Shown here: positions 50,445-63,808 of the stretch, piece after piece
How the letters are laid out: each line of letters begins with the position of its first letter
Numbering within the stretch: the stretch's first letter is position 1
Assembly (NCBI RefSeq): GCF_006345805.1
Contig: NC_043006.1
Span: forward strand, 101,556,001 to 101,620,000
Direction: 5' to 3'
Origin: Octopus sinensis
Taxonomy: Eukaryota
Length of the DNA: 64,000 bases
Made by a program: the position numbers and the translations under genes
Notes under the pieces: generated by a model
The model's input: only the letters and a program-made list of their open reading frames with translations
The model's database searches: none
What the model was told of the DNA's origin: nothing

Positions 50445-50740
50445 TGGTCAGGGTATTCGGCTCACAATTGTATGATTGTAGGTTAGATTCCTGGTGGCAT
50501 GTTGTGTTCTTGAGCAAGACACTTTATTTCATGTTGCTTCAGTTTACTCAGGTAGCAAAAATGAGTAGTTACCTGTATTTCAGATGGCTTGTCTTGTCAC
50601 ATTCTGTGTAATACAGAATCTCCCTGGGATTACGTGTTTCTGTGGAGTGCTCAGCCACTTGCACATTAATTTCACAAGCAAGGTGTTCCATTGACTGGAA
50701 CAAATGGAACCCTTATTGTAACCAACGGAGTGCCAGTTTT
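50445..50740 (+). mobile_element. tRNA-derived SINE, body type 2 with tail X, older copy
   Basis: gttcttgagcaagacactttatttc body; tail ctgtggagtgctcagccacttgcac.ttaatttcac..gtaaccaacggagtgc shared with 54490. Confidence 0.78.
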
Positions 50741-51902
50741 GATGGGTTTTTTTTAACTATAGGCATCTTGCAGTCTGCATGACTTTCTGAATGGCACATC
50801 TAATGAAAATTACCTTGAAATCTTTGATAGTGCAACCAGGCAGATAGTGCACCATGCCTCTTTCTCAAGAAAGGTTGTCCATAACTGGTACATACACTGA
50901 ATATGGTTAACTATACTGATCCATTATCTTAGTGTGGGAGTCGTTATCATCATCATCATCATCATCATCTATTAGAGGCTATCTTCAATGCTGGCGTGGA
51001 AGATGTATGCTAGTAGATGATGAGTGTAAAGATAATACCAGTGATAAAATTGGATGGGTCAGAGGACTGCACTGTACTCTAGTGTCTACTTTGGCATAAT
51101 TTCTTTTGCTGGATGCCTTTCTAAAAGCCAATGACTTTACAGAGGTTACTGAGTACTTTTCCTCATGGCAGGGAGCCAACGAGGTGACCATGCAGCCTGT
51201 AAGACTAAGACCACTTTGACTGAGTGAGGTTATAGTTGTGAGGAAGGTAATTCCATGCTAGATGAGGAAAGGTTGGAATATGAAGGAAGGAGCTGAATTA
51301 GGTTTTTTACCATGTTGTTGGTTAATCAACTGCTACTTGTTTTATCCCATCCTAGAAGAATGAAAGGTACACTCAATTGCCCATTTCTCCCATTATACTC
51401 AGCTTCTTAATGCATGGGTGAATATCATGTTTCTTTTTTGGCACTCTTGTGTTACTCTACATTCATTGATCATATATTACTACAAACTTCAGTGATACTG
51501 TGTTAAATCTATGTTATACATACTTGTCTTTCTTGAATATACAGATATACTTATATTTAATATCTCAATGTCCTTTGTAAATCTTTTAATAGCATGAGGC
51601 ACAAATATTTTAGTTAACTCTATTTTTTTCTCAACCATTTTCTATTATATCATTATATTTATAATAGTTTATTCTTCATAGAAGGAAGTTGAGAAGTTTT
51701 CACTTTGGAAATCTATTACAGTTTCATTCTTCTGATTTTCTGAGAGTGGTAGTTGAGAATTCTAAAATGTAGAATGTGAATAATTACTGAGTGGCAAGCT
51801 TCAAAGCATTTCGTTTCCATGTAGAATGTTAATAAACAAGTTAGCATGTACTTACACAGTATAGTCCCTCGCTGTAGTCTTTGATGATGCAATACCTAAT
51901 TT

Positions 51903-52331
51903 TGTATTGTTTCTTTAACTACAAGAATATTTCACCATGTGTTGTTTTATTTAAATCTTTCCCCAAAATATAATCCAAGCCATTGTATTGAATTGTCTGG
52001 AAAGTTCAAGCATACTTCTAGTTGTTCATGTTCCAACACATGAGAATATGTCAAATTTATCGACATATATTATGCTTACATTTCTGGTTAGTGCACACTT
52101 CAAACTATCTCTCTTACTCTCTTTACTCTTTTACTTGTTTCAGTCATTTGACTGCGGCCATGCTGGAGCACCGCCTTTTGTCGAGCAAATCAACCCCGGG
52201 ACTTATTCTTTTGTAAGCCCAGTACTTATTCTATCGGTCTCTTTTGCCGAACCGCTAAGTGACGGGGACGTAAACACACCAGCATCGGTTGTCAAGCAAT
52301 GCTAGGGGGACAAACACAGACACACAAACAC

Positions 52332-52411
<80 letters not shown>

Positions 52412-52767
52412 GACAGGCTTCTTTCAGTTTCCGTCTACCAAATCCACTCACAAGGCATTGGTCGGCCCGGGGCTATAGCAGAAGACACTTGCCCAAGATG
52501 CCACACAGTGGGACTGAACCAGGAACCATGTGGTTGGTTAGCAAGCTACTTACCACACAGCCACTCCTGTGCCTGTATTGTTTCTTTAACTACAAGAATA
52601 TTTCACATATGTTGTTTTATTTAAATCTTTCCCCAAAATATAATCCAAGCCATTGTATTCAATTGTCTGGAAAGTTCAAGTCTACTTTTAGTTGTTCATG
52701 TTCCAACACATGAGAATATGTCAAATTTATTTACATTTCTGGTTAGTGCACACTTCAAACTATCTCT
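51903..52767. repeat. ~200-bp direct duplication (51903-52112, 52574-52767) directly bracketing a SINE
   Basis: Copies ~95% identical plus one ~16-bp indel; each contains the mariner left TIR. Confidence 0.93.
52113..52573 (-). mobile_element. tRNA-derived SINE family A (young)
   Basis: Full head and tail; internal (CA)/(TA) tract. Confidence 0.93.
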
Positions 52768-53892
52768 TGAGAAAGAAAGTTTAAAATTACTTAATTCATG
52801 TCAATTTTGCACCCCTATGACATTGGAAGATTATAAGGTGTATTTTAGACACTTCATGTTTTTTATTACTGTAAAGGCAAAAATGCCTCACAAGCAACAC
52901 AAAAGGTATGTGCTGTGTGCAGCGAAAGTGCTTTAGCTGACAGAACTGGACAGAAGTGGTTCACTAAGTTTAGAGTTGGTTTTTGTAGATTTATTGATGA
53001 AAAACGTCCTGGCAGACCCCACCCCACTTCATATGATGACCAAATCAAGACATTGATTGAGAATAACCCACATTATGGGAATTGGCAGAAATACTAAATT
53101 TATCAAAATTCACCATCCATGATCTCTTGGTGAAGCCTGGGTACTCAAATTACTATGATGTTTGGGTACCACATAATCTGGATGAAAAGAATCTTTTGGA
53201 TCACATTTCTATCTGTTGTAATTGTCTGTATAAACACAATAAAAATGCTTTTTGAAGCAAATTGTAATGGGTGATGGGAAATGGATCATTTACAACAATG
53301 TTCACCAAAAAGGATCCTGGGGTAAGTGACATGAGCCACCTTTAGCCACCCCAAAAGCAGGTCCTCATCCTAAGAAAGTCATGCTTTGCATCTGGTGGCA
53401 TTGGAAAAGAATTCTTTATTATGAGCTTCTGCTAAGTAACCAGTCAGTTAATTCTGAGAAGTATTGCTTCATTTAAAGGCAGCAATTCAAAGAAAATGCC
53501 CAGAATTGGCAAACAGGAAAGGTGTTGTTTTTCATCAGGATAATGCCAGACCTCACATTGACCCATCGAAAATTGTTGCAGCTTGGCTGGGATATATTAT
53601 CCCACCCGTCATATTCACCAGACATTACTCCTTTGGATTTTCCTTTATTCAGGTCCTTCCAAAATAATTTCAATGGTAGAAATTTTAATTCTTTGGAGAA
53701 CATAAAAATCTACCTTAATGAGTTCTTTGCCAAGAAACCAGCGAAATTCTGGGAAGACGGAATCTTTAAGCTGACGGAATGATGGAGAAAGGTTGTGCAA
53801 CAAAATGGTTCATATTTAGTTGAATAAATATTTAATGGCATAATTTTGTTTTCTCTTAGAAATCGTCATGAACTTTCTGGACAACAACCCAA
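52658..53892 (+). mobile_element. Near-full-length (~1235 bp) decayed mariner transposon
   Basis: Left TA|ttcaattgtctggaaagttca; right tgaactttctggacaacaacccaa|TA. Transposase remnants: EDYKVYFRH.., KWFTKFR..DEKRPGRP, VWVPHNL, IVMGDGKW, HQDNARPH, HPSYSPDITPLDFPLFRS. Confidence 0.93.
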
Positions 53893-54076
53893 TACATTGA
53901 CAAAATTTAAAATTAACATGAGCTTTCCAGACAACTCAATACATTGACAAAGCTTGTATCTTATCCTGACACAATTTGCTAATGCTCCCTATATAATTCT
54001 TATATCAAATTAAAGAAACAAATAAGAAATTTTAAAAAATGGAACTCTTGACACTCCTTGATTTAAGGTCATCATG

Positions 54077-54307
54077 TTAATTCTTTAGCATTAAAATCAA
54101 CCAAATCTAGCCCAAATGTTCTACCAAGTTTATGTTCAAACCAGCTTGACCTGGTCTATCACATCTACCCTAAGTTGTCATTCTAAAAATAAACAATCAC
54201 ATCTTTGATATCTGGAAGCTATGAGATAATTTAATGCATGAGTAATCAAAAATAGTGTAAATAAACAGCATTATATTTGACAGAATAATATGAATGCTAA
54301 AGAGTTA
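54077..54307. mobile_element. TTAA/piggyBac-like MITE
   Basis: ttaa|ttctttagcatt ... aatgctaaagag|ttaa with inverted termini. Confidence 0.75.
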
Positions 54308-54489
54308 AACCAAAAGCTGGATTATGTCTACTTACTAAAAAACACCAAGATGTGGATAAAAGCCATCAGTAGAGTTTGTAGCTCCTCAAGCTGTTTAACT
54401 AAATCCCCATTAACAAATTATGTATTGTCTTTTAAATGTCTTTGTTTTAAGACTTCGGACATGTGACAACAGACATAATGCTCCATAAT

Positions 54490-54875
54490 GGATGGAAGCA
54501 CTCCATCGGTTACGACGATGAGGGTTCCGGTTGATCCGATCAATGGAACAGCCAGCTCGTGAAATTAACGTGTAAGTGGCTGAGCACTCCACAGACACGT
54601 ATACCCTTAACGTAGTTCTCGGGGATATTCAGCGTGACACAGAGAGTGACAAGGCTGGCCCTTTGAAATACAGGTACAACAGAAACAGGAAGTAAGAGTG
54701 AGAGAAAGTTGTGGTGAAAGAGTACAGCAGGGATCACCACCATCCCTGCCAGAGCCTCGTGGAGCTTTAGGTGTTTTCGCTCAATAAACACTCACAGCGC
54801 CCAGTCTGGGAATCAAAACCGTGATCCTACGACCGCGAGTCCGCTGCCCTAACCACTGGGCCATTGCGCCTCCAC
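54490..54875 (-). mobile_element. tRNA-derived SINE, body type 1 with tail X, 11-bp TSD
   Basis: Same head/body as 44580 down to agaaacaggaag; TSD tg(c/t)tccataat at 54479-54489 and 54876-54886. Confidence 0.92.
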
Positions 54876-55049
54876 TGTTCCATAATAAAGATGAGATAAT
54901 CACAGTCCAAACCTTTATTCATTTACTTTCTTTTGATTGGCTGCCTCAGTGCTATATGTCTGTCTAACTGAAACTGACCAGGACTATTCTGTTCCATAGA
55001 AATTGAATTTAGGATGTCTGATTCCCTCCTCTCTACATTTTTCCTTGGC

Positions 55050-55217
55050 ACAGGCATTGCTGTGTGGTAAAAAGTTTACTTCTCAACCACATGTTTCTAG
55101 GTTCAGTCCCACTGTGTGGCATCTTGGTCAAGTGTTTTCTACTATATTTTCAGGCCAACTAAAGCCTTGTGAGTGGATTTAGTAGACAGAAACTGAAAGT
55201 TCTTCATATCTATATCA

Positions 55218-55251
<34 letters not shown>

Positions 55252-55560
55252 TATTTATACATATATGTATAAATCCTTAAATCCTTAAAGATGTTTTAGC
55301 CCGAAGGCCGCGGCCATGCTGGGGCACCACCGCTGTATGTATATATATATATATGTGTGTTTGTCCCCCATCACCACTTGACAACCAGTGTTGGTGTGTT
55401 TACATCCCTGTAATTTAGCACTTTGGTAAGAGAGACCAACAGAATAAGTACTGGGCTTAAAAAAATTAAAACAAGTACTGGGGTTGATTCTTTCAACACA
55501 AGTTCTTCGAGGCAGAACCCCAGCACAGCTGCAATCTAATAACTGAAACAAGTCAAAGAA
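55050..55560 (+). mobile_element. SINE family A variant with an inverted tail fragment inserted
   Basis: Head 55050, tail ctgaaacaagtcaaagaa at 55560; insert 55273-55335. Confidence 0.8.
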
Positions 55561-57484
55561 AAAAGAAATTCATTCTGTCTGGAATTTATTTTTTCTGTTC
55601 CAATCTAAATTATAAATGAATTGTCCATAAATTGTTTTAACCAAATTTCTTGTTAAAACCCATAACCATTGTTCATGCATTTTATATAAATTAATTCAAC
55701 CGCAATTTGAAGCAAAGAACATGTTGCTTAAAAGTTTATTTTTTTTGTTCTAGTTTTCCTTTCTTCTTATTTCGATTTGAAAGTTTAGCATGAAGTGACT
55801 AATTAGGTTTCAAAACAGGGAATTAAATACAAACTGAGAGAGCAATAGCTTCATTAATCGAAGCAGAGATGTCAAAGTTTAGGCTGGATGGAAATTAAAA
55901 GCTTAACTATGATGCTTTAAAAAGAAGTGTGACGTTTTCTTAAAATTTCCGAATAGAAGATTTTCATTTTTAGTTGTTTGTTTTTCCTTCAAGAATTAAA
56001 ATTCTCATTATTATTTATTTGTTTTGTTTTGTTATAATTACAAAAAAAAATTTATACAAAAAAATGCATGCCTTTAAATAACTGTTATTAATCCATTTTC
56101 TGCATAATAAATGTTTCACTATCCATTCAAGGTGTTAGATTAATATAGTGTTTGAAATTGGCTGTTAAAGCTATTAGCTTCTATTAAGATGGCAGTTCTC
56201 TTTTCATGTCCCCCACCCCACCCCTAGCTAGTCATTGCCAAGAGAAAAAAAAAACAAATTTGAAATTAGTGCAACAAATTTAATGAAAACTTTTTTTTAA
56301 AGATTTTATTACACTGCTAAATGTAATAAAATCTCTTGATTATGGTCAAATGAAAACTGAACTCTTCTTAGTCTCCATAAGAATTAAGGCAAAAAGCTTT
56401 GTTAAAAACAAAAACAAATAATCCTAAATAGCTTTTGTATAATGATTATACAAAAAAAAATGCCAATACATATAAAGTGTTTATTTTTCCACTAATGTCT
56501 GAAAAAATAGGTGGTAGTTTATGATTGTGAGTGGCTGGGCATATAAGTTGTATGTGCCTGTGTTGGTGGAGCAGACTGCAGACATTAACCGGGTTTCTTT
56601 CATGTCCAGATATTTTTTCTTTGTTGTTGTTTTTTGTTTTTTTTTATTTAAAAAAAAAATTTTTTGCTTTAGGATGGCTAGAGACTATAGACTAATGCAG
56701 AGAACAATACCTCAGTTGTTTTCCAGTTTTAAAGATGTGACACATTTTTAATTATAAATGTAGCAGTTAAAGCTGTCAAACTGCATTTCATATGGCCAGC
56801 TATTGCATAATGAGTATGTACCATGTACCCAATGTGCAATGATTTGATTGAAAGGCATACCAAGTTTCATGACCTACTCAGTGCTTCCAATAAGTTACCT
56901 ATATGCAACAGGTGCCACAGAGAAGAATTAACTGAGCTTGCTACAGCAATAACATCAAGATATCCTATAAAAGGGAATGTAGTGTAGTTGTTTGGCATGC
57001 TTGATATAGTAGCTATATCTCCCTCATATCATGCTGTCATACTTGGAACAAAATGAAGTACTTTGTATAAAGAAAATCATCATCATCCCTCCTCCCTGTT
57101 AGGAGGCACAAGCACTTACACATACATGTACACACTTATGCTTACCAAATTCAATCACAAGGCTTCAGTTACCCCGAGACTATAGCAGAAGACACTTGTC
57201 CAAGGTGTCACACAGTAGGCCTGAACCTAAAACCATGTGGCTGGAAAGCAAGCTTCCTAACCACACAGCCACGTGAAAAAAAGGGATTAAAAACATTCCA
57301 TGACCAGAATGTCTTCGATTCATGCATTGATTTGATCAGAAACTAAACAAAAACCACAACATTATCGAGAAACAGAAATAGTGGGAACCACTTGGAAGAG
57401 AGCAAATATGTTGCATACTGGGTCTATTTTGCATACAGGCATTTTTGCTCCAGAAGGAATAAATGAATTCTGCTCAATCTGTTC

Positions 57485-57845
57485 ATCATCATCATCATCA
57501 TCATTTAGCGTCCGCTTTCCATGCTAGCATGGGTTGGACGGTTCAACTGGGGTCTGTGAAGCCAAAAGGCTGCATCAGGCCCAGTCTGATCTGGCAGTGT
57601 TTCTACGGCTGGATGCCCTTCCTAATGCCAACCACTCCGTAAGTGTAGTGGGTGCTTTTTACGTGCCACCCGCACAGGTGCCAGATGGAGCTGGCAAACG
57701 GCCACGGACGGATGGTGCTTTTTATGTGCTACCGGCATGGGGGCAAGCGAGGCTGGCAACGGCCACGATCGGATGGTTCGCTTGCTTGTCACTGGCACTG
57801 GTATCACAGCCGCAATTTCCATTGATGTTGATCGACTTCGATTTT
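57485..57845. mobile_element. Interspersed repeat family D, young CpG-rich copy with internal ~45-bp duplication
   Basis: catcatcatttagcgtccgctttccatgctagcatggg..; gctggcaaacggccacggacggatggtgc and gctggcaacggccacgatcggatggttc. Confidence 0.85.
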
Positions 57846-58372
57846 GGTTCTGCTTTCTGATATCTGATTTGATTTGGTTAAGCCACCTGATTTCATGCCT
57901 TAGTTGGAAAAAGTTGATTTCTCTCATGTATCAAATTGTTTGAGGAAAAACATTTCCTATTTCATTACTTTCTAAATGCTACAGTAAGATTATTCCTCTT
58001 GTTTTTATTTTCTTAGGTTTGGGCTTGGCTGTGTGCTTGAGAAGTTTGTTTCACGACAGCATGGGTCTGGGTTCATTCCCACTGGGTTGCACTATAACAT
58101 ATGAACCATAAGTTCTTATTCTGTAAATAAAAATTATTTCCTCTTTGCAGAAATAGAAGTTAAGTTTCAAATTTCAATAAAATAGTTTAAAACTGGAGGT
58201 CATAAGGACGCTATATGCAAATGTTACGTTTTGGGTGGAATATTTATACATTTCTATGTACTAAATTTTCTATACACAGGGTTAATGTTGTGAAGTGTAT
58301 TTTTATGGGAAAGTACTAAAATTGTAGGGATTGCAGAAATTGTAAGGATTTCAATCTATTTGTGATCTATTA

Positions 58373-58580
58373 GATATCATCAGCAAAATCCAGGTCCGTG
58401 ATGGTTACTACTGGTGCTGTCTGTGATCTTTGTCAGTCTATGATGAAACCTAGGTTTTCATCACTGTTGTTTTCATCACTGATTTATACATTGCGCCGTC
58501 CAGTACAATTGCAAACAAGTAAGGTGCAAACATATCTCCTTGTAGCACTGCAGTTAGTATTTGAAAGAATTCAGCACCTT
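58373..58580 (-). mobile_element. LINE reverse transcriptase fragment (RTE-X-like)
   Basis: Minus translation EFFQILTAVLQGDMFAPYLFAIVLDGAM..NLGFII..APVVTITDLDFADDI carries the RT QG..AP and FADD motifs, with a frameshift and a stop. Confidence 0.88.
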
Positions 58581-59970
58581 TGCTAGTATTCCAGTCCTGA
58601 ATGCTAGCATTCAGCTGTGAGAGTTCAGCTTATAAATTGAGGAGTTTGGGGAACTATGAAGTTGCTGTCTAAGGGTTAAATGGATTCTGTGCCTCGATGG
58701 TAAACTTGAGAGAGCTGGGGACTAGCAGAGTAAACTGTAAAGAAACAAGCAGAAAGAAGCAGGAACCCTATTTCATATCTTTCCCAAGAAAAATCATGAA
58801 TCTTGAGATTTCAACATTGAGTCCGTGATGACTGATGCACATAAAACAGGCATAGCACTTAGTTAGTTAGAGAGAGAGAGAGAGAGAAGGAGGAAGAGGG
58901 AGATAGTTAAGTAACCTTTTGGTGTAATTTGAACTTGAATACAATTGGTGCTACTTGTAGAAGCCAACTCGGCATTCTACCATTTCTTCAGTCATCACGA
59001 CTGTTCAGCTATAAATACTAGCCTAAATAATTCAACGCAATAAATTTTCAAAACTATCAATAAAGTCATGATAAACAAATGCCAAAGGATAGAGATATAA
59101 AAGATTTTTATCACTAAAATTCCACTTGGTAGATTAGGTCTAAGTTCAACAAACATTTTCATTTTATATGTCATGGATTAACGGCATTTGAATTACTGAT
59201 TCATTTATTCAAATATATGCAACAATAATTGGTTGTTTCCATTGTGTAGTACTGACTTTTTGGTAATTCCAGTGTATAACATGGTTTAGATTTCCTAGTT
59301 GAAACTACTAGATATATGTCAGTATTGTTTTTGGAGATGCTTCAGTGTTGCAACTTCCTATTTTCGTTAAGAAAGGCCACTTTTGGTGCTTAATGGGAGA
59401 AATGACTTTGAGCCGGGTGTATTGTTAGCCCTCTGGGTGAGACGTTTTCTGATGTTTCATCCATCCCTATGCTCTGAGTTCAAATTCTGCCAAGATCAAC
59501 TTCGACTTTTATCATATCTGGATCTATGAAATAAGTACTAGTTGAGTACTGGAGTCAATGTATTCAAGTTAACTATTACTGCGTAAGAGTATAAAAACAA
59601 AGTGCATCCCTCTGGCAAGTGTAGCACAGTACGCTCATCAAACCAGTATGATCTCAAGCTCAAATTCACGCCCTCCACATCAGATCGAGATTGGTGGAGA
59701 GAACATGCTGAGGCATGTCATGGATAGCCCAGTAGGCAATCCAATCCAAAGGAGAAATATTTAGTTTGCATGAGAATATATGCACATCACCATCTTTATC
59801 ATAGTTGTTATCATCATCTTTATCATTATCATCATCTTTAGGTCTGCTTTACCATGCTGATGTGGACTGAATGGGGCTTTTGATGGCAGTGTGTTACAGC
59901 TGTATGCTTTTCTTGGTACCATGTACCTACATGTTGTGAAGACATGCAGGGCTATAGTGTACCTCTTCTA

Positions 59971-60157
59971 AAAACTGGGATGCTCATGGTTAAAAACTGA
60001 GATGCACATGGTTAAAATCTGGGACATACATGGTCAAAAACTGACATGCACACAGTTAAAAGCTGGAATGCACATTGGTTAAAAAACTGAGAGACACAGG
60101 TAAAAACTTGGATGCGCTTGATTAAAAACTGGGATGCACATGGTTTAAAACTAAGCT
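59971..60157. repeat. 22-bp minisatellite, 8 copies plus a partial (consensus AAAAACTGGGATGCACATGGTT)
   Basis: Directly visible tandem units of 21-23 bp. Confidence 0.92.
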
Positions 60158-60521
60158 TCATATTTTACATGTATACATAGAATGTATAATGGGTTCTGTG
60201 ATGCAACAGTATACATCTCCAGCTTAAAGTTACTCATTTCATCAAAATCACTCTGTCGGTCAAGGTATCAATGTTACAGTCTACTTCCCCTGTCTTTGCT
60301 GAATTGTTCTTAGTTCTTCAGATTGTACCCTATTCTGATATCACTCAGACTGACAAGCAGGAAAGTGATTACAGCTAATGTCTCATCTTTATAGCAACAG
60401 GGGCTGAGTTAACAGTTGACAGAATTTGAACTCTAAACTGAAAGCTACGAAAGCTTGAATCAATTCATCTATTCTCGCCCTTATATGCCAAATGCCCACT
60501 TTCTTTAATGGAATACTGAAT

Positions 60522-60556
<35 letters not shown>

Positions 60557-60657
60557 GCATCTTTCACAAAGAAACAGCATTCAATAGAAATACACTGTTT
60601 CCATAATGCAATATTCTTGCAATTTTGATGAGCATTATTGATTTGACACAGACACAA

Positions 60658-60713
<56 letters not shown>

Positions 60714-61838
60714 GTGTGTATGTTTGTATATATTTGTCTTGTGTTCTGAAACATAAAATATATGTAGTACAGCATATGTTTGCTATAATACCGAAATCCA
60801 ATTAAATTTACCAATAAGTTGTGAAGAAACATGTTGAATAAATAATCATGGGGCTTTTGGAGATGGGGGACAGGGGCAGTAGCAGTGGCACTGTAGAAAC
60901 AAATACTGCAAAATTCTGTTTATTTCTCTTTGCTTTAACATCATCATCTTTACCACTGCCAAACAGAACTATCATCATCATCACTGCTATCAGCATTATC
61001 AATATTGTTGTTGTGGTTATTGTATTTTCCTTTTTATTTATTATTTTAATATATCCCTCCCGAAAAATCCAGATTAGTTTTAGTGTTTGCTTATGCTAAA
61101 TGATATTGATTATCAGAAATTCCAAAAATTGAAAAGGCAAAAAAATAAATAAATAAATAAACAGTACCACACACACACACACACACACACACACATGCAA
61201 AAAAAAATTGAGTAGAGAAGTTAAAATGTTATATAAAAATTTGATATTGACATGACACAAACAACATGCCAATCCTTTCGTACAGTTTTTGAAATATTTA
61301 AACATGAAAGTGAACAACAAGTGCTTACTTTCTTCGACTGCTTCGCTTCTTTTACTTAATTTTGATTTAATATGATGAGGATGAGGATGAGGATGAGGAT
61401 GATGAGGATGAGGATGAGGATGATGATGATGATGATGATGATAGTTTTGTTATTCATTTTATTGTTTAATGTGAACATCCATTAAAGTTATGTTTGTTAC
61501 TTTTTTTTTGTTAGTTTTGGAGTTTTCTTTCTACCTTTTTTTTTCTTCACTTTTTGAAATAAAGTAAAAAAAAGAAACCCAAATCTTTCTAAGCTCTACA
61601 TTCAAATTTATGTATTTATACATCAAAACTATAAAACTGATTTTTATGACAGCAAATATGGATAAATACTAATTTGAAATTGCTATCCTCTTAATATCAG
61701 ACACTACTGCCTCCCCTTCAGTATCTACTATTATGTTTCTGTCTTTAATGTTCAAAGCTATCTTATGATATTTACCGTTTCTTTCCCTGTCTGCATTTAC
61801 TCTACTTGTTTTTATTTAATTACGTGTGGTGTGTACAT

Positions 61839-61876
<38 letters not shown>

Positions 61877-62729
61877 ATATATGTATGTGTTTGTGTGCTT
61901 ATATTGCAGAGGTGAATATATTAGTCTATGTATTCATACCAGTCATTCTCACTGTATTTTACATATCCTGGTAAATTAATAACTGTGGTTTTATTCCGTA
62001 ATGGATAAGTAGACGGAATTTATTGACGTAATATGTAGGAGTGTGGGACAAGAAATGTCTTAGATTGAATCTTCAGCATCAACATGATACTAGCAATATG
62101 TTGCTATGCATTCATGTTTTCAGTTTGAATGCACTGTAATTACTTCTGTGTGTTTGAGATGAACAATTAATTCTTAATTACTCAGTCCACCTAATTGTCC
62201 CTCATTTGCTCATTCATTTAATGCGGCTAGGCACTCTTCCTGTCAGCAACATTTACTTGCTTTTTTAAGGGATTTTTTTTTTTTGATCCAGTGCTTTGGA
62301 GTTACAGGATGACTGTCAACAAGGAATGTCAACATCATATCACCATTTTGCTCAAATGGTGGCAAGCATTGAATATCAACATTCACACGCACACACATAC
62401 ATCATTGGTTTTCTAGTTTCCATCTTCCAAATTCTTTTATAAAGTAATGGTTAACCTGGTGTTGTAGTAGAAAACATCCAAAATGTTGTGCATTAGAATT
62501 GAACCTGAAACTAGGTGACTGTTGAATGAACTTCTTAATCACACATCCTTCACATGCCTCTATATAGGGAAACAGATATTAAATTTGGGACATGTTCCCA
62601 ACCCTGTGCAAAAAGCCTGTGTGAGGGGTGATTTATCATTTGTGAAACTGAAACGAAAGCCCGATTCTTACAGGCCCTTAATATTTTAAAACATCTATAC
62701 ATGTTCCACCTGTTCATATTTGTATTGAA

Positions 62730-63125
62730 CCTTGGCTGTGAGGTAAGAAGTTTGCTTCCCAACCACATGGTTCCAGGTTCAGTCCTGTGGTGTGACACCT
62801 TGGACAAGTGTCTTCTTCTTTTCTCCTCAGACCAACCAAAGCCTTGTGAGCGGATTTGGTAAATGGAAACTGAAAGAAGCCTGTCATATATACATATCTA
62901 TGTGTGTGTCTTTGTGTCTGTGTTTGTTCTGCACCACTGCTTCACAACCAGTGTTAGTGTGTTTACATCCCTGTAACTTGGCAGTTTGACAATAGAGACT
63001 GGTAGTATAGGCACCAGGCTTTAAAAAATAAACCCAGATGTTGACTCATGCGGTTAAAAATTCTTCAAGGCAGTGCCCCAACATGGCTGTAGTCTAATGA
63101 CTGAAACAAATAAAAGATAAAAAAA
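62730..63125 (+). mobile_element. SINE family A variant
   Basis: ggctgtgaggtaagaagtttgcttcccaaccacatggttccaggttcagtcc..ctgaaacaaataaaagataa. Confidence 0.85.
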
Positions 63126-63808
63126 TAAAAATGATAGATAGGATTCAGCCAACAGTGGCTCAGTTTATGTCTAAATTAATAACTCTATGTAGCTATCCAT
63201 ATTTATGTGTATCTATTTATATCTTCCTATATTTATGCGCTTGCAGTTGTCCCTCAGCAGTGAGTTTCTACAGACTTTTATTGATTTCTGAATGTCTTGT
63301 TATTATAACTGATATCCATTTGATTTTTTATGTCCTGAAACTCAAGTGGCATAATAAACCTTAGTTGATTGAAGTTATCCATGGATGTTCTGTGTTGCGT
63401 TGATGCTGAAACAAAGTCAGAGTGTTTCCCTATTAAAAGTGGAAACCAGGACAATGTTACAACTTCACCTCAACTTATGACTGAGTTCTCTTCTGACTGA
63501 CAGGTCGTGAGTTGATCTGTTCATATGTTCGGATTTATATTTTCCAACACTATTTTCATTCAAATGCAACTGATGCTTGAAAGTGACTGATTGAGAGAAA
63601 GACTGGCGGGTAGTGGATGCCTAGATCTGAAGGCGATCCGCCTTGCCAGCTGCTGCCATAGTTATCCCACACGCAACTGCCCAACATCTGAAAATCAATT
63701 TTTTTATTTATTCCTTTATTTCTTTATATTTTGTGGTCGTAAGTGTGGATGGTTGTAAGTTGAGGAGAAGGTGTATTTTAAAGAACCTGGTGTTTTACAT
63801 TCAATACA

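Noticed and set aside
54800-54875. tRNA-like sequences (A/B boxes) here and at other SINE heads
   Set aside because: SINE heads followed by SINE bodies and TSDs; no complete cloverleaf.
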